64,000 nucleotides of DNA from an uncultured Chlamydiae bacterium (GTDB lineage Bacteria > Chlamydiota > Chlamydiia > Chlamydiales > SM23-39). Both the position numbers and the translations under genes were made by a program. This document shows positions 61,480-64,000 of the stretch, piece after piece. The notes under the pieces were generated by a model, which ran no database searches, had not been told where the DNA came from, and worked only from the letters and a program-made list of their open reading frames with translations. Location: assembly GCA_963828125.1 (NCBI GenBank), contig CAWHDP010000001.1, positions 224,001 through 288,000 on the forward strand, in the 5' to 3' direction. The stretch's first letter is position 1. The number at the start of each line of letters is the position of its first letter.

Positions 61480-61837
61480 AACGCTCCTTATAAATTTGAT
61501 CTGCCCACTTGATCCTTTGCTCAATCAATTCTTTATCTTCTTTTGGCACTTCTGATCCCTTTTTGCTTTTTTTCTGAAAAATGTGGATCACAAAAACCAC
61601 TTCCCTATAGCGTACTGTGTACACCTCTCTAAATGTAGAATTACGATAATCGCCTACCACTTCAAAAACACCGCTCCCATGATGCCTGTATGGTTTCGCA
61701 TCTTCGTGCGTTTCTCCATTGAGAGCTAGCTTCAAGGCGGTTGAAAATAGATCTTTTACCTCTTGTGGCAGCTTCTCAGCATCCTTCTTTGAAGACCCCA
61801 GGTAAATCAGGTCTCTGTTTTTTTTAGGGTCGCTCAT
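61457..61837 (-). CDS. RelE/HigB (Gp49-like) toxin
   Basis: GVFEV, TFR.VY.V....V.V.H.FQKKSK.G; toxin-first order. Confidence 0.85.
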   Translation of the reverse strand: MSDPKKNRDLIYLGSSKKDAEKLPQEVKDLFSTALKLALNGETHEDAKPYRHHGSGVFEVVGDYRNSTFREVYTVRYREVVFVIHIFQKKSKKGSEVPKEDKELIEQRIKWADQIYKERYGKKKRN

Positions 61838-61858
61838 TCGTATTCCTTATATTCCTAT

Positions 61859-61887
61859 ATTATGCCACTACTAGCATAATTTGTCAA
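61859..61887 (-). promoter_or_regulatory. TA promoter with overlapping palindromic operator
   Basis: Minus-strand TTGACA-N17-CATAAT; palindrome ATTATGC-N8-GCATAAT at 61859-61880. Confidence 0.7.
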
Positions 61888-62328
61888 TGCTTTGTCGTAA
61901 AATTCACGTCATTTTAACTAATGCAACAGTCTTGTTATAAAGGCTTTAAGTGTTAACACACAGTCTCTCTCGTGGCGATGTACCTGTACAGGGAAAACTT
62001 TTGATCAGGCAGACAGGGCCGATAGCGCCTATTAGGCCGGGAAAAGCGACGTGTTGCTTAGCAAAATTGACCGAAAAGGTGAACATCGCCTCTCTCGTTA
62101 TCCAGAAATCCCTAACTACCCTTGTCTTGGATACTCCAAGCCTGATTTTTTCCATCGGATCGGCCACCTGTTTCTCCGTGAGTTTAGGTTTCTCAAGGCG
62201 TAGATTCTGCGAATGAATTTATGGCATAGGATCTTTGCCCATAGTTTCTGTGAAGAAACAATTACTGTTTGCTAAAAACAGTTAACAATGAGATTCTGCG
62301 AAAAGATATAAATAACAGGAGATAATAG

Positions 62329-63087
62329 ATGCGTGAGCTAACAATAAACGACGAATTCAGGAATCTTTTGCCACAGCTGTCAGATGATGAATTTTCTGCT
62401 CTGGAAAAGAATATCGTAGACGAGGGGGGGATACACAGTCCTATCATCGTTTGGAACAATACCATTATCGATGGTCATAACCGCTATGCGATATGTACGA
62501 AAAATAATATAAAATTTCACACGGAAGAAAGACGATTCAGCAATGAAGGAGAGGTTAAGATATGGATCATTCGCAACCAATTTGCAAGGCGGAATATCAA
62601 TAGATTTGTGCGAGGTGAGCTGGCTCTGAAGCTCAAGAATGAGCTGGCGAATATTGGAAAGCAACACATGGCAGATGGTTTGGAGAATTCTACAAACCTA
62701 GATACTCGCCTAGAGATCGCGAAAACAGCGAATGTATCAGATAACACTATCCACCGCGTCGAAAAAATCTTGTCGAGCGGTAACGAAGATCTAATCAAAA
62801 AATGTCGCGATGGCGAAGCGACTGTCAATGAGGCATACAAGAGCTTGAAGGCGCCTTCCGACATGGCGCAGTCCGGTGCCGTGCAAACCAATAGTCCTGT
62901 ACCATCAAAAGTGATTGCGAAGCTGCGAAATATAGCCGAAAACGCAAATGAGATCCGCGATGATCTATCAGATGATGACAAAGATGACATTCGATCAGTC
63001 GTGGAGATACTGAACGATGTTGCGCCGCCTCTGGAAGAGGGCGCAAGGCTTGCAGAAACGCCCCTAGAATCAGTTAACGCTGGTTGA
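62329..63087 (+). CDS. ParB/Srx N-terminal domain protein with HTH
   Basis: LLP.LS..EF..L..NI..EG, IIDGHNRY..C, NQ..RRN, EIAKTANVS..TI.R. Confidence 0.8.
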   Translation: MRELTINDEFRNLLPQLSDDEFSALEKNIVDEGGIHSPIIVWNNTIIDGHNRYAICTKNNIKFHTEERRFSNEGEVKIWIIRNQFARRNINRFVRGELALKLKNELANIGKQHMADGLENSTNLDTRLEIAKTANVSDNTIHRVEKILSSGNEDLIKKCRDGEATVNEAYKSLKAPSDMAQSGAVQTNSPVPSKVIAKLRNIAENANEIRDDLSDDDKDDIRSVVEILNDVAPPLEEGARLAETPLESVNAG

Positions 63088-63155
63088 GCAACAGAAGGGA
63101 AAAGGATGATGGATGAGGATCAAATAGACAGTTTTACCATCCTTGAGGTCGGTGA

Positions 63156-63368
63156 ATGGGAAAGAAACGAAAGCTAGCGAATGAAGAGACAGAGAAGCGC
63201 AAAAAGTTGCTAAAGTCATTCAACGAACGGATGAGTCGTTTTCAAAGAGCAATGAAGGGGAATGTTGATGCTCTTGTGGAGTGCATGTACGAAGGCAATA
63301 TGTGCAGCAAAGAGGATTTAAATGATTATTACAATACATCAATAAATCTGGATAAGCCATACCGATAG
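63156..63368 (+). CDS. Small hypothetical protein
   Basis: 70 aa, GAGG RBS, ends 4 nt before the next gene. Confidence 0.5.
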   Translation: MGKKRKLANEETEKRKKLLKSFNERMSRFQRAMKGNVDALVECMYEGNMCSKEDLNDYYNTSINLDKPYR

Positions 63369-63372
63369 TATT

Positions 63373-63795
63373 ATGAAAACGGCAGAAGAAAAGCAAACAT
63401 TCATAGAGATGAGAGCCAAAGGCATCTCGTTCGATAAAATTGCCAAGAAGCTTGAAATTTCGAAGCCCACCCTTTTGAAATGGAATCAGGACTACAACAA
63501 AGAAATTGCAAACCTGCGCTATTTTCAATTTGAATCCATCATTGCTCAGTTTCGGCTTGAACAGGGGGCCAGGGTTGAATCGATGGCCGCGATTTTAAGC
63601 AAGGCTCTGGAAGAGTTGAAATCGAGATCCTTTGAGGGACTCAGCGCAAAGGATCTTCTTAGCATTATTGAGCAGACCGGCGAAAGATTGCGGGGCGAGT
63701 TTTCTGGTGTTCGATACGTTACTGACGAATGGAAAGATCCAGGCAGCCTAGACGATGAAATCCTTGCTCCAAAAACTTTACCGTTTCCTTACTAA
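63373..63795 (+). CDS. HTH protein, paralog of 43989-44414
   Basis: 97 of 141 aligned residues identical by manual count. Confidence 0.8.
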   Translation: MKTAEEKQTFIEMRAKGISFDKIAKKLEISKPTLLKWNQDYNKEIANLRYFQFESIIAQFRLEQGARVESMAAILSKALEELKSRSFEGLSAKDLLSIIEQTGERLRGEFSGVRYVTDEWKDPGSLDDEILAPKTLPFPY

Positions 63796-63832
63796 AAGTT
63801 GACCGAATTTTATCGAAACTGTGAGGAGGGAA

Positions 63833-64000
63833 TCAAACTCCATCCCATTCCGCTCCGTGCTTCAAAAGCAGAGCAATGATTTCGCGATTTCCACCTTCTA
63901 CAGCCATTTTGATCGGAACTTTCCCATTGTCTCCGACGAAGTTGACTGGATGCCCAGCATCTAATAAGACCCTTACTAGTTGAGAGTTGTCATTTTGAAT
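63833..64000 (-). CDS. Ankyrin-repeat protein, C-terminal part (start outside the window)
   Basis: Not in the ORF track. Manual translation ...NSQLVRVLLDAGHPVNFVGDNGKVPIKMAVEGGNREIIALLLKHGAEWDGV*. Confidence 0.75.
   Translation of the reverse strand: MQNDNSQLVRVLLDAGHPVNFVGDNGKVPIKMAVEGGNREIIALLLKHGAEWDGV

Larger units (their letters stand above)
52372..64000. mobile_element. Integrative element 2 (decaying; right end outside the window)
   Basis: Integrase directly after the att copy; gene order parallels element 1; contains a TA pair, a ParB-like gene and iterons. Confidence 0.8.

Noticed and set aside
61946..62216. Opposing small ORFs or HTH-like remnant (KLTEKQVA...LGVSKTRV)
   Set aside because: No convincing start or RBS and the similarity is too weak to call.

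Overview
The window has two parts. About 1-39,150 is core genome of an environmental member of the Chlamydiae, inferred from chlamydial gene orders: rpsA-nusA-infB-rbfA-truB-ribF-ychF; pnp-rpsO..tadA; and rpmE-prfA-prmC-ffh-rpsP-trmD-rplS-rnhB..gmk-rpoZ-like-metG-recD2. This part also holds an archaeal-type AspRS fused to a YbaK/ProXp editing domain, a RibF lacking its kinase domain, and an accessory block (18.4-27.4 kb). That block encodes a eukaryote-like phosphoethanolamine N-methyltransferase, a PLP-fold enzyme, a glycosyltransferase and two LtaS-like transferases fused to F-box-type LRRs. From 39,153 to the end, tRNA-Asn(GTT) is followed by two related, visibly more AT-rich integrative elements in tandem. 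Element 1 (39,181-52,420) is bounded by a 49-bp direct repeat and looks intact. Element 2 runs past the window end and is decaying: its integrase has a nonsense codon, an ISAs1 has inserted, and its helicase is frameshifted. Both share an integrase, a homologous ~300-aa gene, a small Xis-like gene, a replication gene followed by a bidirectional iteron array, and an HTH protein that is ~69% identical between them. Their replication modules are unrelated, and neither has capsid or conjugation genes in view. They are candidates for an undescribed satellite-like mobile element family in Chlamydiae. All assignments come from motif recognition by eye; no database searches were run.
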